Shown piece by piece: positions 38,061-50,260 of a stretch of DNA of 64,000 nt; position 1 is the stretch's first letter, and every line of letters begins with the position of its first letter. Origin of the DNA: Raillietiella orientalis (Eukaryota); assembly GCA_036172245.1 (NCBI GenBank), contig JAYWIR010000006.1:3534001-3598000 (forward strand). Direction: 5' to 3'. A program made the translations under genes and the position numbers. The notes under the pieces were generated by a model, which had not been told where the DNA came from, ran no database searches, and worked only from the letters and a program-made list of their open reading frames with translations.

Positions 38061-40250
38061 TTACTGCACGACCTTACATGCATATGTAAGGCACGTTTCC
38101 TACATATGCATGTAGTTGCGCAGAGGGCATGAGGTGGGGATTGCAAGATGAGCGTAGGACTTATGGGGTCGCGAAAACAAATAGAAGTCATGTCAGTGTG
38201 TGACCGAATAGGTCCACGTTTGATGGGGAAACGAGCTCGCCCATTCACTCCTTGATGTCCTGTCTTGCGGCAGTTTGTCGAATAAGCAGGGAAGAAGGAA
38301 TTTTTTTTTCTTCTCAACTCTAATAGGCGCTGTCTTTCTGAAACTGGGACGGCGTCAAGGAGCCGAGGTCTCCAAGCTGGGTCACTACCTCAGAGAAATC
38401 CGCCACCTCTCTCTATGGCAACCCAGTGCGTTCGCTTCGCGCTTCATTCCTTCTGTGGTGAGAAAATTCGCCCTCTCTCGGCCACCAGGAAAGTTCCTTT
38501 GTCATCCGCCCTTCCCTCTTCCGTCTCTCCCCTCTTTGCGTCCGCCTCGCTTCTTCACTGAGCAATGGCGTCGTGGCCTCTCCCGTATCTTCATCAAAAA
38601 TGCAGCAACTAAATGACGCCCCTCCCAAGATGGGATCTTCGCTGCTCTTCTTTTCCTTAAGCAAATTTGCACAAATTCGCCGACCTCATTTTTCATCTCC
38701 CGGACTGCGTGGATGCTGCCGGGATGTCACGGATGCCCGGACTTCCACGGTTCCCTCGAATGAGGACCCTCCTGCGATAATCTTCTGAGCGTGCCATTTG
38801 GCTCTCTCGTCGTTCCAACGGATTTCGTCTTCCGGCGCTCACCTGCTGCAACTCGACGCGCGCCCGTTTACCAGGAACGAGGGGGCCACATTTCTGCCCC
38901 CGCGAAGACCATCTTCGTCCGCAAGCGCCACGAGAACGCATGCGCCCAGGCCGACTGGACGATGAAAGAACGCAAAGAACGTCCGTCTGCACAGGCGGGA
39001 AAACGGAGAAGCGTTGTTGCCGCCATCTTCGTATTCGCGGGCCGCTCCGAAGCCGCGGGTTTTTCCAGAAAGAACTCCGAAATCGAGTCCAGCCAGCCTC
39101 GATGGCAGAGACATGCGTGAGCCTCTTCGAAATGACATCTTTCCCTCGGAAGGCTCCCTTTTTCTCCCCGTTGCCAAGAGAGCGGTGACACTTGATCTCT
39201 GCCCATCCTAGCCAGAACATGACTCAACGAGGCGCGTGACACAGCATTCATGCAAATTTGCAATCGATAGTTCAGTTTCAAGGAGACGGAAGCTGAGGTC
39301 GTGCTGCTCGGATCGCGCGTCCAGGCCGTTCGTGTCCTGCAGTCCAGCTAGCAAGCGGACGCACGAGGGCTGCTGGAGAGCCATCACGTCGAATTAGGGC
39401 GTGTCCACGCTGATGCTCCAAAACGAGTCGGGATTCGAACAGCCCTTTTGAGCACTCCTGCTCCCCCCAGCTACTTCAATTACGAAGGCTCATCTGTTCG
39501 CACGAGAGTCCTCTGACCGCAGGATCTCGTTGCTTAGCATCTCTTCAGCCAGAAGCATCCGCTCGTGGTTTCAGATGCCCGGAGAATCCGTCATTTGCGA
39601 GAGGACTCAATCGAGCGCGAGTACCTCCCTGAAGTTGGTCGAGCCGGTGGCAGCTCCAGCAGAGCCCCGAGAAGCGCTTGGATCCAAATCAGGCTGTTAC
39701 GGAGGATGGTGAGCGGCTGTGGATACTCAGAAGTAACACTTACCCAAATCCTCTGGATGGACGTGCTTTCTTCCTAGGAAAGTTTCCTCGCAACAAGCAT
39801 TCCTGAGGTCATTCTGAAAGAAAGCAAACCGTCGTATCCTGGGCGACGGCCTTTATTTCAGCAGAAACGGGAGGAACGAGTCCAGAAGGTCGAAGCATAG
39901 CCTTTCTTGCAATTCCACTTTCTGCATCGGAAGGAAGAGCGAGTCACCTCGCAAAGGAAGCGTCGAGTTAGCTAAAGCGTTTCTTAAGCACCGAAGAACA
40001 TTCCAGCCGGAAAGACGAAAGATCGAGCTCCGAAGCAGTCCGGGTGCTGTAGTGTAGTGCAGGTATCTTTGACCACGAAACCTCGAGCTTCCCAACGGAC
40101 GCCGCCTCTTCAGTCGAGGCCACCACGGATCAAAACGGCGTTCACCGGAGCAGAAGGCTTCCCTGACTTGCAATTCACATTCCAGAGCAGCCGTGGACTA
40201 CCTCCTCTCCTTGGCGGGCAGCGAAGTGTCATTCACAAGCAAGAAAAGCG

Positions 40251-41701
40251 CCATCTTGCCGTCGCTAACGTCATTTTCATCGGCCAATAAGAACCCGCAC
40301 TTTCTCCCGCGACTCGTCTCAACAATCCGAGAAACTTTCCCTCTCGAACGTTCTCCAGGCTGCCAGCGCGCGCTTCTCCCGCCAAGGTGGCTCGCCGCGC
40401 CGAATTCGCAGGGGTTGCCAGGCGCAAACGTAGCAGCCGGGTGCCGTGAGTGATTCCCGCGCGTCTTCCACGTGCGCCTCCCTACAGGACGAGGCACGAG
40501 CAGGCGGGACGGTCACTCGTTGCCAGCCAGTAAACAACGCGACGATTCACACGCACCCTGGATGACGGGAAACCTCCTGCTTTCGTTGCTTCCCTTCCAG
40601 CTGCTTTTGTTTCTTTTCTTCTCTCTTTTCGGGTTTCATTCCTTTTTGGGGAGCTCGCCAAGTGCGGAAGAACCGTTTCGCCTCTCAAGGGAGGGAAGCT
40701 CTGAACGCTGTCCACGCCACCAGGGGGTGCGTGCAACTATTCAGGTTATAAGGGGCTTCCCCGGGAGGGGACCACCCAACCAATCCAGGAAAGAATCCGG
40801 AGGGAGAAGTCTGCGCTTGGGAGGAGACCCCGAAGGGAACCTCCACTTCCTCGTTCTTCCCGGAGGAATCCCCCGGTTCGTAGGGGCCGCTCCTCGCTTC
40901 TTCTCTGCAGAGAACCCGCAAGGGAACAAGCAGCGGTTCCTCGAGAGACCCGCTCCCTGTTTCATCCTCTGAAGAGAGCCCCGGAGGGACGCTTCCCAAT
41001 TTCTCTAAAGGGCACGTCCCGAAGGGAGCAGCGCTCTTCTTACACTCTGGAGAGGTATCAACCAGCTCCGTGGTACGCGATGGAGGGTCAGCATCCGAGG
41101 GGTGGGACGGGTCCATTTTCACAACCGGAGGGGAGCCCCGAACTCCTGGAAGGATCTCGGAGGATCAACTCCCTATCCAGGCTGGTCGAAGGCCGCATCC
41201 GGTTTCCACCAGTGCCGCACCCGATGCCCACAGGCCAACCAACGTCGTCCTGAAGGGGAGGACTCGAAAACCCACGGTGCACCCCGTCTTCTTGGCATCG
41301 ACCCTTCCCTCTCCGGGAGGGATTCGAACCCGCGACGCTTGCCACCACGCGGCGGAGGCCGCAGCCACGCCGCCGCCAACGCGGCCGTGTAGCTACAAAG
41401 AACCCCTTGTCTTGTCCGCGAAAACCGAAGGACACGAAACCAGCGGCCACTCGATCACCTAGGAAACTGCATATACGCGTACGCGCTGCTGAGCGTGCTC
41501 AGGTTTCTTATTTTTAAAATTTTTAGTGAGGATGTGCACCGTGCTGGGAATTCCATCCTCCCGAGCGCAAACAGGGAGAGCCGCTTAGGTGTTGTCGTGC
41601 GATCCTTCCCGGCATCGGCCTGAACAAGGCGCGCCAGGAAGACTAACCGGCTTTCTCGCCCTGCGACTCTGGACACTTGCGATCCCGGCGGCGGACAACT
41701 C
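40251..41701 (+). repeat. ~1.45-kb direct repeat, copy 1 (copy 2 at 59368-60818, offset 19117)
   Basis: ORF translations are identical at a constant offset. The mismatches I noticed lie in the first ~20 and last ~5 bp. Confidence 0.97.
40605..41385 (-). mobile_element. SINE-like element, copy 3 (apparently complete, A-rich tail)
   Basis: Head GCCGCGTTGGCGGCGGCGTGG, B box at 41320-41330 (reverse), internal array, A/G-rich tail at 40605-40647. Confidence 0.8.
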
Positions 41702-41709
41702 CCATCGAG

Positions 41710-42790
41710 ACCTCAGGTGACCCAGAGAACGACCATAGTTAGTTCCCACCCACTCCTGTTTTCTGGGACTCGAATCCTGAAATTTTCCAATGTGGCGCGC
41801 ACGCGAAGGTGCGTTATACGGCTCGTACCTCTCTGGCAGGAACATGGGTTGCCGCCGTTGCTACTGGAGGCGGAGCGGAACCCCAAGGTTGCGGCGCAAA
41901 GAGGACTCGCCTGCTGAGGACGGTACGCTCTTGAAACTCCTCGATGACCTCTGCCTATTTCCTGGAGATGACCTCGGGCAAAACAAGACCGCTCCGTCTC
42001 GCCGGAGGACGACGCTTTCGGACTGACTGGTTGCCATCCTCGAAAAGTGGGCATCTCATTATTCGTGTCCGGTTCGCAACAACCTCGACCAGGGAGGACG
42101 GGCAACCCGTCGCTGGTCGCTCCTCAATAGGAAGGGGAGCTCTCGCTAAGGAACCAGCGCTCGAATCAGTGCCGGTTGCTTGGGAGAAAACCAGCGGAAG
42201 GCACGGGGAGGTTGCTGTTAGCGCGTTCGAAAGCCACACCCTCCTTTCCCTTCCCACTCGAACCGCTACTCCTTCCTTTCGCCTCAGGATCCGTCTCCTG
42301 CCTGTTCTCCCGGACGACGCCGACATTGGCCACCGTCTGCTCTTCTGAAGAGATCGTTCCCGGTACTCCTCAGTCCGTGCAGGGAACTCTGAGTGCATTG
42401 CGTCCCCGAACTGCTTGAGGTGCGGGGTGATCGAATCGTCCCCCTACCCCTTGTTGGACTGCAGTGCCTTGCTGGAACTTTGGCGAAGATTGATTTCAGC
42501 ACTCCTGCATGGCGGAAACACTGCGATGGGCTTGCTGCGGCGATTCTTTCGCGAGATGTGGAGCCACGAGAGGCGTCGCGATAGCGACGAAGTGTTGCAT
42601 CCGTGCCGTCGTTGCAGCTCGCCATTTGCTGGAGTCTCGGGCGGTGACCGCCAGCACTGCAGTTGCCCACATGAGGATGGCCGCCAAGTGGCCTCATCCA
42701 GATGTGGAAGTAAAGGAAAAGACCGTCGATATCCTGCGTCGCTTCTGAAAGGAAAGAACGGACATTGCAGGTGACCCTTGAACCACCTCC
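41710..42790 (+). mobile_element. LINE ORF2 3' fragment, subfamily B
   Basis: PNCLRCGVIESSPYPLLDCSALLELWRRL is the finger. VAIATKCCIRAVVAARHLLESR..MAAKWPHP matches AVVATRRCIRSTVAVRSVMESR of the 20729-21560 copy. Confidence 0.65.
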
Positions 42791-42889
42791 TTTTTATACA
42801 ATCGTTTACTTCCCGCTCCAGCCCGTTCCGGACTCTTCTCGGTGTTTCATGAAGGAATGGGAAAAGCCAAAGACCCTGCCCCTGTCCTC

Positions 42890-43810
42890 TAATTTATCTT
42901 TGGGAGGTTACTATGAACATCTCCGGAAGGAGAAGAGGACTGGTCGAGTGGATGATGGGCCAGCTTACAAATGCTGCGACCCCGAGTGCCCCACCCCGAG
43001 AACTTTTGCGCTGGAGAAAGCTACTGGGTATACCGGAAGAAGACCTGCAGCGGACACCAGTGCTCTCGGACAAGCGCACCTTCCATCGAAGTGGCAGGAG
43101 TCGGCATTGATGCTGCAACACTAGAGTCTCCCGTGTGACGCCCACCGGCATCACTGGACAGGGGTTCTCGCACGGGGTGGGTGGGGGAGTGCACCCCAAC
43201 TGTGCCAGGTGCAGGGAGCGCGAATTTCTTCCGCACCTACTAATGGACTGTATTGCCTTTCGGGTCCCTCTGGGAACTCTTTGCCGTGATCCTAGGCCCC
43301 GGTGGCAACTCCAGGGACGCTCTGAAACCCCTCTTCGTTCGCGATGCCCCTCGGCCCTCGGCCTCGCCAGCAGCTCTCTGCTGCTCACGCGGGATTGTAG
43401 CAGCCTGGTGAGACGCAAGAGGAGAGCACAGACACAGGGGTGCCACATCCACTTTACCGTTCGCCCCATGAGGATGGCAACAGGATGGCCCAACCTGAGG
43501 GACTGTCTACAGCAAGAGCTTGCAGGTATCCTCGAAAAGATGCGGAGGATCTCTCCCACCAGAACGTGACCCCATCCCGCATCCTCCCCCCCTCTCCTTC
43601 CCCAAACTTTATTTATTTATTTTTATTTTTGTTTCCTTTTCTTTTTGTTTGCCCCCTCCCCTTTGCTGCCGTGGTGGACCTCACCAGTCTGTTTAGCGGT
43701 AACTGGCAGGCTCCAGTTAAATTGCACGTGGTTGGACGACCGCTCCAAACACAGAGACTGTGGTTGTTGTTTTTTATACGAAATAAACGCCACGGTGGAT
43801 CTGGGTGAGA
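42890..43810 (+). mobile_element. LINE 3' end, subfamily A
   Basis: NISGRRRGLVEWMMGQLTNAATPSAPPRELLRW, then PNCARCREREFLPHLLMDCIAF, then ELAGILEKMRR-stop. T-rich UTR, AATAAA and a degenerate terminal hairpin (43789-43806). Confidence 0.85.
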
Positions 43811-44029
43811 ATTCAATTTATTTTTCTGTGCTTATGTCCCTATAGTTCCTCTCTGGACGGAAGTCCCAGTTCCAAAAACCGTTCTCTGGTCGGGCATGTC
43901 GGTGAACCCTCCCCTTGAACTTCCCTTGGATTTTTTCATTGGGACATCGCCGTCTCGGCACTTGCCTTTCCAGCTTCTAGGTTTATTTTCTTTCCGTAAA
44001 CTAAACGCTCCGGCGTCACCGATTGCAAA

Positions 44030-44500
44030 TGCTTGAGGGAAAGCTCATTGGTCCGCGAAAACAGAACGTTGGTCGCTCTCCTCCCGCTGGGTCGGCTGCG
44101 CGACGCTGGGCGCCGTCTGGACAAAAGTGACCGACAAAAGTCCCGACCTTTTTCCTTCTTGAACTACCTCGCTGTTGAAAAGGCAGTGTGCTCTGGAAGA
44201 AGTCTTGCCAGCACGCACGCGCAAACGGGCACGCAAACACCAGCGTTCGCGAACGGTGAGAAGTCATCCCGGCATAGAAGGGAAGACGAGCCTTGATGGT
44301 CGTCGTCGGAATGCACGGACGCCTCCAGCGGAGCCAGTGCAACGAAAGGAAAGAAACGGGCATTTTCGCTCTTCGCTTGCTCGAACGGGAACGGCGACCT
44401 TCGATGCCTGACTGCAGGAGGCGGAGAACTCTTTTGACTCCCGCAGCCGAGGGACCCAAACCGAAGAGTCAAGTCTCTCGGAGTGAGCGGAAATACGTCG
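44030..44500 (+). mobile_element. Possible decayed RT N-terminal fragment
   Basis: VALLP..KSRPFSFLNY resembles YRPISLLN, and ATFDA resembles KAFD. Confidence 0.28.
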
Positions 44501-45399
44501 TACAGTTATCAGAGAGGGAAGGCGGCGGCTGCTTCCCGGGCCAGAGGAACCTTTCACCATGGGATGCGCGGCCAAGCGGCGCTGGGCGTCCAGCAGTTTC
44601 GCTGGATTCATGCTGCGGTTTGGACCCCAGCCTCTGGAGCCCTCGTGACTCAGGACAGCTCCGTGCTCCCCTCAGGACTTCCAGTGCCTCACTTGTGAAG
44701 GCATGGCGACCGCCAATTGGCCTGCGTTTTGCGCTCCGGACGAGGCAGGCAGAAGAAATGGATAGGAAGGATGGCTCCCATGCTTTCAAATGGGCTATCA
44801 GAAGACGATCTTCAATAAAGCCAACTTCCCTCCTCCCCTTCCCCCCTCCTTTCTCCCGGAGCTTCTAAGCTTTCGAACACTAATGGTGCAGAAGGATCGA
44901 AGAACGAATGCCGGTATTTTCCTCGGTTACAGATCCGATTGCAAGAGCCTCTATCAAAAGACCGTCTAAGGGAAAGCCCCTAATGAGGAAAAAGCCACCA
45001 TTTAAATGTCGCATGCGTAGCCGAGGAGACAATTTCATCTTCTAAAAGGGTACTTGCTGTTGCTCCAGAAAAAAGAAAATGGCATTTTGTATGGGACTCC
45101 CACAGCCATCGTAAAAGACCGCTGCGCATTTCCTGAACGCTTGTCCTACGGTAACCGTTTGAGTCCTTTCTGTACACATGTGTGTACGTCTGCCGTGCCG
45201 CTCGCTGGAAAAAATGGGAACTCCATCAACGAATCCTCCAGTCTTTCTGCACAGGCAGTGCGACGCCACCGCTTCCGCATGTTCCGGAATTTGTCTTCCG
45301 GAACATGGGGAACATGTCCTCTGGTCGCAGTAGTCGGTGGAAGATGGGGAAGGGAGGTCAACGGAAAATAAACATTAGAAAAAAAGAACCCTGGAATGT

Positions 45400-46000
45400 T
45401 TGGGGGACGAGGGAAGGGATCACAGATTGCATTCCTGGTGGCCTCTTCATCTTCTCAAGGATACCGGCAAGTTCCTCCCGATTGCGCCTCAGGTGCGGTC
45501 ATCTTACTGCAATCCTCAAGGATACGAAGGAGGTGGCTTCTCTGCTTTCGTTCTGACCTCTGCTGCCGGGGTTTACGGTCGTCGCGGCAGGCGACCATCC
45601 CGTCACGAGCAAAGAGGCGTCTGAACGAGGCCCTCGGGTAGTCTTCTGGGAAGTTCGGGGACAAACATCCGCAAACACGTCCGGGGGCAATGCACTCGAA
45701 AAGCAGAGGGTGGCAAGGTTCCTTCTCGCCGCACCTGGTGCCGTTCGGGGCCGCTGCCCCTCTCCTGGTCCAGTGGTGGAGGCGTGTAGTACACGGATAG
45801 CCTGATGAAGCCGTTGCAACGCCGAGTCCACTTCGAGGGAAAGCACGGAGCTGTCAAAGCACGCCGCGGAGATCTCCACTTCTTCCAACGGAGATTCAAG
45901 GAGATCTGCCCATTGGAGGAGTCCTTTAGAATGGACGAGGATGCTGGAGGACCACCAGTAAGCTGCCGCGACGTCCAGCATTCCAACGATCCCGCAATTC
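45400..46000 (-). mobile_element. LINE 3' fragment, subfamily A-like
   Basis: SKGLLQWADLLESPLEE, then LRIAVR*PHLRRNREELAGILEKMKR, matching the other copies. Confidence 0.65.
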
Positions 46001-46759
46001 ATTCTCCGTCTTTCAGGCTGGTGGATGTCTTGGCCGTCCCTCAGGGACGACAACGCAGCGGCAAGAGTGGTTTCCTGGGTACGCGGGGTCTTTTCCGGGC
46101 AGTCCATCCTCCTCTTCAGCGAGCAGCGCGCGTGTCTCAAGTGTCTCGCAGGCGTTGCCTTTTTTCTAGGCCGCTGATCTTCGCCCATCTGGAAAGCGGC
46201 TTCCCGTTTCCAGGCACCGCATTTCGTCGGTGAGCGGGAAATCCAAGAGTGGTCCCGCTCCATGACAACCGTCTGCTGGAGCCGGTAGCCACGTCGCGGA
46301 AGTCTCTTGTGGCCTCCAACGAAAAATAGGGTGAGTCTCTCCGAGCCGGCTGCTCGCTCGGCCACGACCAAACGCGTGCTCCAAAATTTCTCCACCGGGG
46401 CTGTCCTTCTAAAATCGAGATGCCACTTCATCCCTTCCGGGGTCAGCATGCCAAGTCCGCAATCCCGACGACGTGGAGTGCACGAATCCTTCAAGTGGAC
46501 TCGCACGTACGTGCGTGTGTACACATATATATGTATATATTCAAAAAAAGTTAGAAGGCGTTGAAGTGGATTGCATTCTTTGACAGTTGATGATGACTCA
46601 GATCCTCTCAGGATCGAGCGGGAATTCCCTTCCTCTTCCTTTCGGTCACCTCCGTCTCCGGCATAGCCCCGGATTTCCAGGCCCCACAAGCACCCGGCAG
46701 CCTTAGAAGAGCGCCAGGAAGGGGAAGCAGTCCGCGGAGCACCCTCCTCGGTGCCTCAT

Positions 46760-46855
46760 TTCTCTGTGCGCGTTTCCGGTTTCCTGGACGTGTGGTGGGT
46801 TCCTCGGACTCGTGATCCGTTCCCTGGGTGCTTAGTCCGTTCCCTGAGTGCAACT
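46760..46855 (+). repeat. 20-bp minisatellite, about 5 diverged units
   Basis: tttcctggacgtgtggtggg / ttcctcggactcgtgatccg / ttccctgggtgcttagtccg / ttccctgagtgc. Confidence 0.7.
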
Positions 46856-47743
46856 CTTCCGCGTGGCTATCGTCACACCTCTAGCAGGGGCACGCTGATG
46901 AGCCAGTTGCTCGGGGCGCCCCCGACTTTGCATTGATCGCCTTCAAGGACACGGAAAGAATTGGCCTGCTCCACGAACTGGGACTGCTTCCTGGAACTCA
47001 TTTCTTTACTGTTAGCTTCTCGCCCTAAGCCCTAGGCAGGTGATACAGAGTTGCGACCTGTCAGATGATTCCGATAAAGGAGGATGCCAGCGCTCTCCTT
47101 CACTGAGAGAAGGCAGGATGCAACTCCGCGGAATGCCTGGGATCTCCTCTGCGGCCACGAGGGGAAGTGCAGTGATGGAGTGAGCACGAAGTCGGAGGAG
47201 CATTGGAGTCTCCCCCGCCATTGCTTGCAAGAACGCTTGCGCGACTCTAAAATCGGGGTGCCGTTGGAAACCTTCGGTGCGCGTTTGGACCCGGAGGGAG
47301 TTCGAAGGTGGCGAGTGGTGACGCGTCTCCAAGCTCGATCCAGGTTTTCGACACTCTGGAGCCCCGCCTCTGCTGCTCCTATCCCTCCGTGACTGGTTCC
47401 AGTGCGGCACACCCAGCTGGCAGAGGAAGGAGACGCTTTCGGTCACCTCCTCAGGAATGGTGCGTCCATCCTCCCCGCCCGACCTTCAGAAGGAGAGACC
47501 GCGACTGTCGGTGCCACCTTCGGCGCTCCCCCTCAAGTGGGAGCACTAGGCGATGCCCCCAGTGCGAAGAACACCTACATGGAAACTTCATCCGCGAGTT
47601 GTTCCAGGCACGAGACGGTCGAATAGTTCCCGCACCCGCTGCTGGACAGCGGTGACCTCCAGGAACTCTGGCGGAGGCCGGCTCCTGCGCCCGGTGGATG
47701 CGGCCAGAGGTACCTCCCACGACGCCTCCTCGTGGGCGACGCG

Positions 47744-50260
47744 CGTTGGGTCCTTCCAGACAAAGAAGGAAAGACACCAGATGTTCCTCGCTTCGGTAGC
47801 CGCCACCGACAGGAATCCCCCGGGATGCCTTTCCTCTTTCCTGAGGACGAAGGGACAACTCAGCGGAACCGGGCCGAGCACCCAGAGCGCACCAAGGAGG
47901 AGAGCAAGAAGAAGACCGGCCCATGGCAGTGCCTTGCAGCATCTGAAGCCGACCCAAGGACGACCTAATGGGCTGTGACCTCAAGAGCTCACGACGTCCC
48001 TTGGAGCTACGAAGAAGCACCGGAAGATGGTGAGCTAGAGTGGCCAATGCGGTGTTGCGAGGAATGGGAGGGACTGGACTCCAGCGTTCTCCTAGAAAGC
48101 GAGAACGCTGGATTCTGGAGCAGTGGTCCGGGGTGCTCCGCCTGAAGCTGAAGCAGCATCGACTCTGGTCGGCGCTTCCGGTCGTTTCGTAGGTATCCTA
48201 GGCCCAAGAAGAGTTCATCGCGAGTGCTCTCACTGACCCCGGCACTCCTTCGCAGGCAAGGGTGGCGATAGTCCATCGCTCTCCCCCCCCCCCCACGCAC
48301 GCCTTGGCCCTTCACGGCTGTTGCGAAACTCCCAGGGCGGGCAGACGACGTCCGCTGCCGCGAAGAAGGAGGCTGAGCCCGAGCTCCGCACCATATTCTG
48401 CTCACGCCTAAAGTTTGCTCCGTGGTGCTGAAGTGAAAGCAACGCAGCGAAAAGATCGACCCAAGCAGCCTGAGAGCAGGCAGAAAATTCCAAGTCGCCA
48501 CGGGATGAAGATTCCGGCATCCTTGCACCCTTCTTCCTTCTCCGCCCTCCCCCCCTTCCTCCCCTTTCACCCAGCTTGATCCTGGACTCGCGCGTTCCGC
48601 TCATGCCCCTTCCTCACGCTGTGAGGAAGCCGAGCGTCGTCCTGCCGGAACGAGCGCGGCTTTCCGTGCGCCGCTTCCCGCTCGAAAAGCCGACCCCACA
48701 GACGGGAAGACGAAAGCCCCGCATCCCGCATTCGCCGCGGGCAGACCCACTCAGTGCCATCCGAGGACCTGGCCAGGCACGTTCTTCTGGGAATGCAGGG
48801 AGAGAGCCGAGGTTCCACGCCCGCAAGCGGCTGGATGGGCCCTGCAACCCACCTTTCGACCATGGACTGCTTCCTCCCCGTTTCCCGAGCGACAGAGCCA
48901 TAGAGGAAAGTCGGATGCTGGGAGCGGCGTCTACCTCACATAGGACGTCGACCTGCCCTCTCGCAAATCAGCCGGCGGCTTGGAAGGGAGTCAGGAAGGG
49001 AGAGCAGGCTGCGTAGCGCCCACCACGATGCTTGGTCGTTCCCTGGGCGCGTAGTGGGTTCTCTGGGTGTGTGGTGGGTTTCCTGGGAATGTGGTCGTTT
49101 TTTTGGGTTCATGTTCGGTTGCCTGGGCGCATGGAGCCTCAGCAGTGAGATGCCACCACACGAGGCTGCCGTCCGATGTGCCGGGAGGAACCACAGGATG
49201 GGTCGCCTTCGGCGAGCCTCCATGCCCCCGCGAGGTGGCGATGAGGAATTGCCCCAGGCCGCCCGGGCACGGTCGTGCCTGAAGCCCCCACTGCCTTGCT
49301 CCGGACTCATCGGTTGAAGGGTGAGTTTTCCTGGTGTCTACAGGGAAGAAAGGCGCAAGTAGGTCTACCGATCGGGATGGGGCGGCGATTTTCAAGGTCC
49401 GAGGCCTCGTCAGGAAAACGTGGACTGCTCCCCCTTCCTTCCTCCTCCTTCCTGCCTCGTCGTGAGAAGGAGATGAAGAGGATGGACTGGTTGCGGAGGT
49501 GGGGAGGGGGGGAAAGGGAAACGCTGCCTGCAACGTTTCGCTTGGGGCACGACAAACCTCCAGCGGGCCTGGTGCTCCGGAAGAAAGGAGGGCTGGGTCA
49601 CCGGACCCCACCCGGAGAAGTGTGCGGTTGCTCTGGAAAGGGAGCAAGGACAAGCAAAGCACCGTGGGTGAAACCGTCTCTCCAGCTTCTCTCCGGGGGA
49701 GTAAAGGCCAAATCGGCATGCGTTGATGAGGTCAGGGACCACAGGAAGGTCAATCGCTTGTTATTCTCCTTGCTGGAGCATTCTCTGCAGCCGGCGAATG
49801 CACGCGCGCTTCCCGCCATGGACCTGTGCAGGGACGAAGAGCTCTCGGGAGAGCTTCCTGGATGCACCGACTGAAGGTCGTCTTCAGCTTGCCCCTTCCT
49901 GGTAATTCGCTCCGCGCCCCCACGGGGTGCGCCCTCCCATTCCTCGCAACACCGCATTGGCCACTCTAGCTCACCATCTTCCGGTGCTTCTTCGTAGCTC
50001 CAAGGGACGTCGTGAGCTCTTGAGGTCACAGCCCATTAGGTCGTCCTTGGGTCGGCTTCAGATGCTGCAAGGCACTGCCATGGGCCGGTCTTCTTCTTGC
50101 TCTCCTCCTTGGTGCGCTCTGGGTGCTCGGCCCGGTTCCGCTGAGTTGTCCCTTCGTCCTCAGGAAAGAGGAAAGGCATCCCGGGGGATTCCTGTCGGTG
50201 GCGGCTACCGAAGCGAGGAACATCTGGTGTCTTTCCTTCTTTGTCTGGAAGGACCCAACG
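47744..50260. repeat. Long inverted repeat, 329-bp arms (47744-48072, 49932-50260), 1859-bp spacer
   Basis: Reverse-complement match with no mismatch noticed, and the same peptides appear on opposite strands in the ORF track. No TSD. Confidence 0.97.
49039..49138 (+). repeat. 20-bp minisatellite, 5 units, homologous to 46760-46855
   Basis: ttccctgggcgcgtagtggg / ttctctgggtgtgtggtggg / tttcctgggaatgtggtcgt / ttttttgggttcatgttcgg / ttgcctgggcgcatggagcc. Confidence 0.85.

Noticed and set aside
45499..46689. Longest ORF (396 aa) and other 200-320 aa ORFs as functional genes
   Set aside because: They are R/S/P/G-rich reading frames expected in GC-rich DNA. They cross repeat boundaries, drift out of the LINE frame, or are antisense to it (e.g. 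54325..55287).
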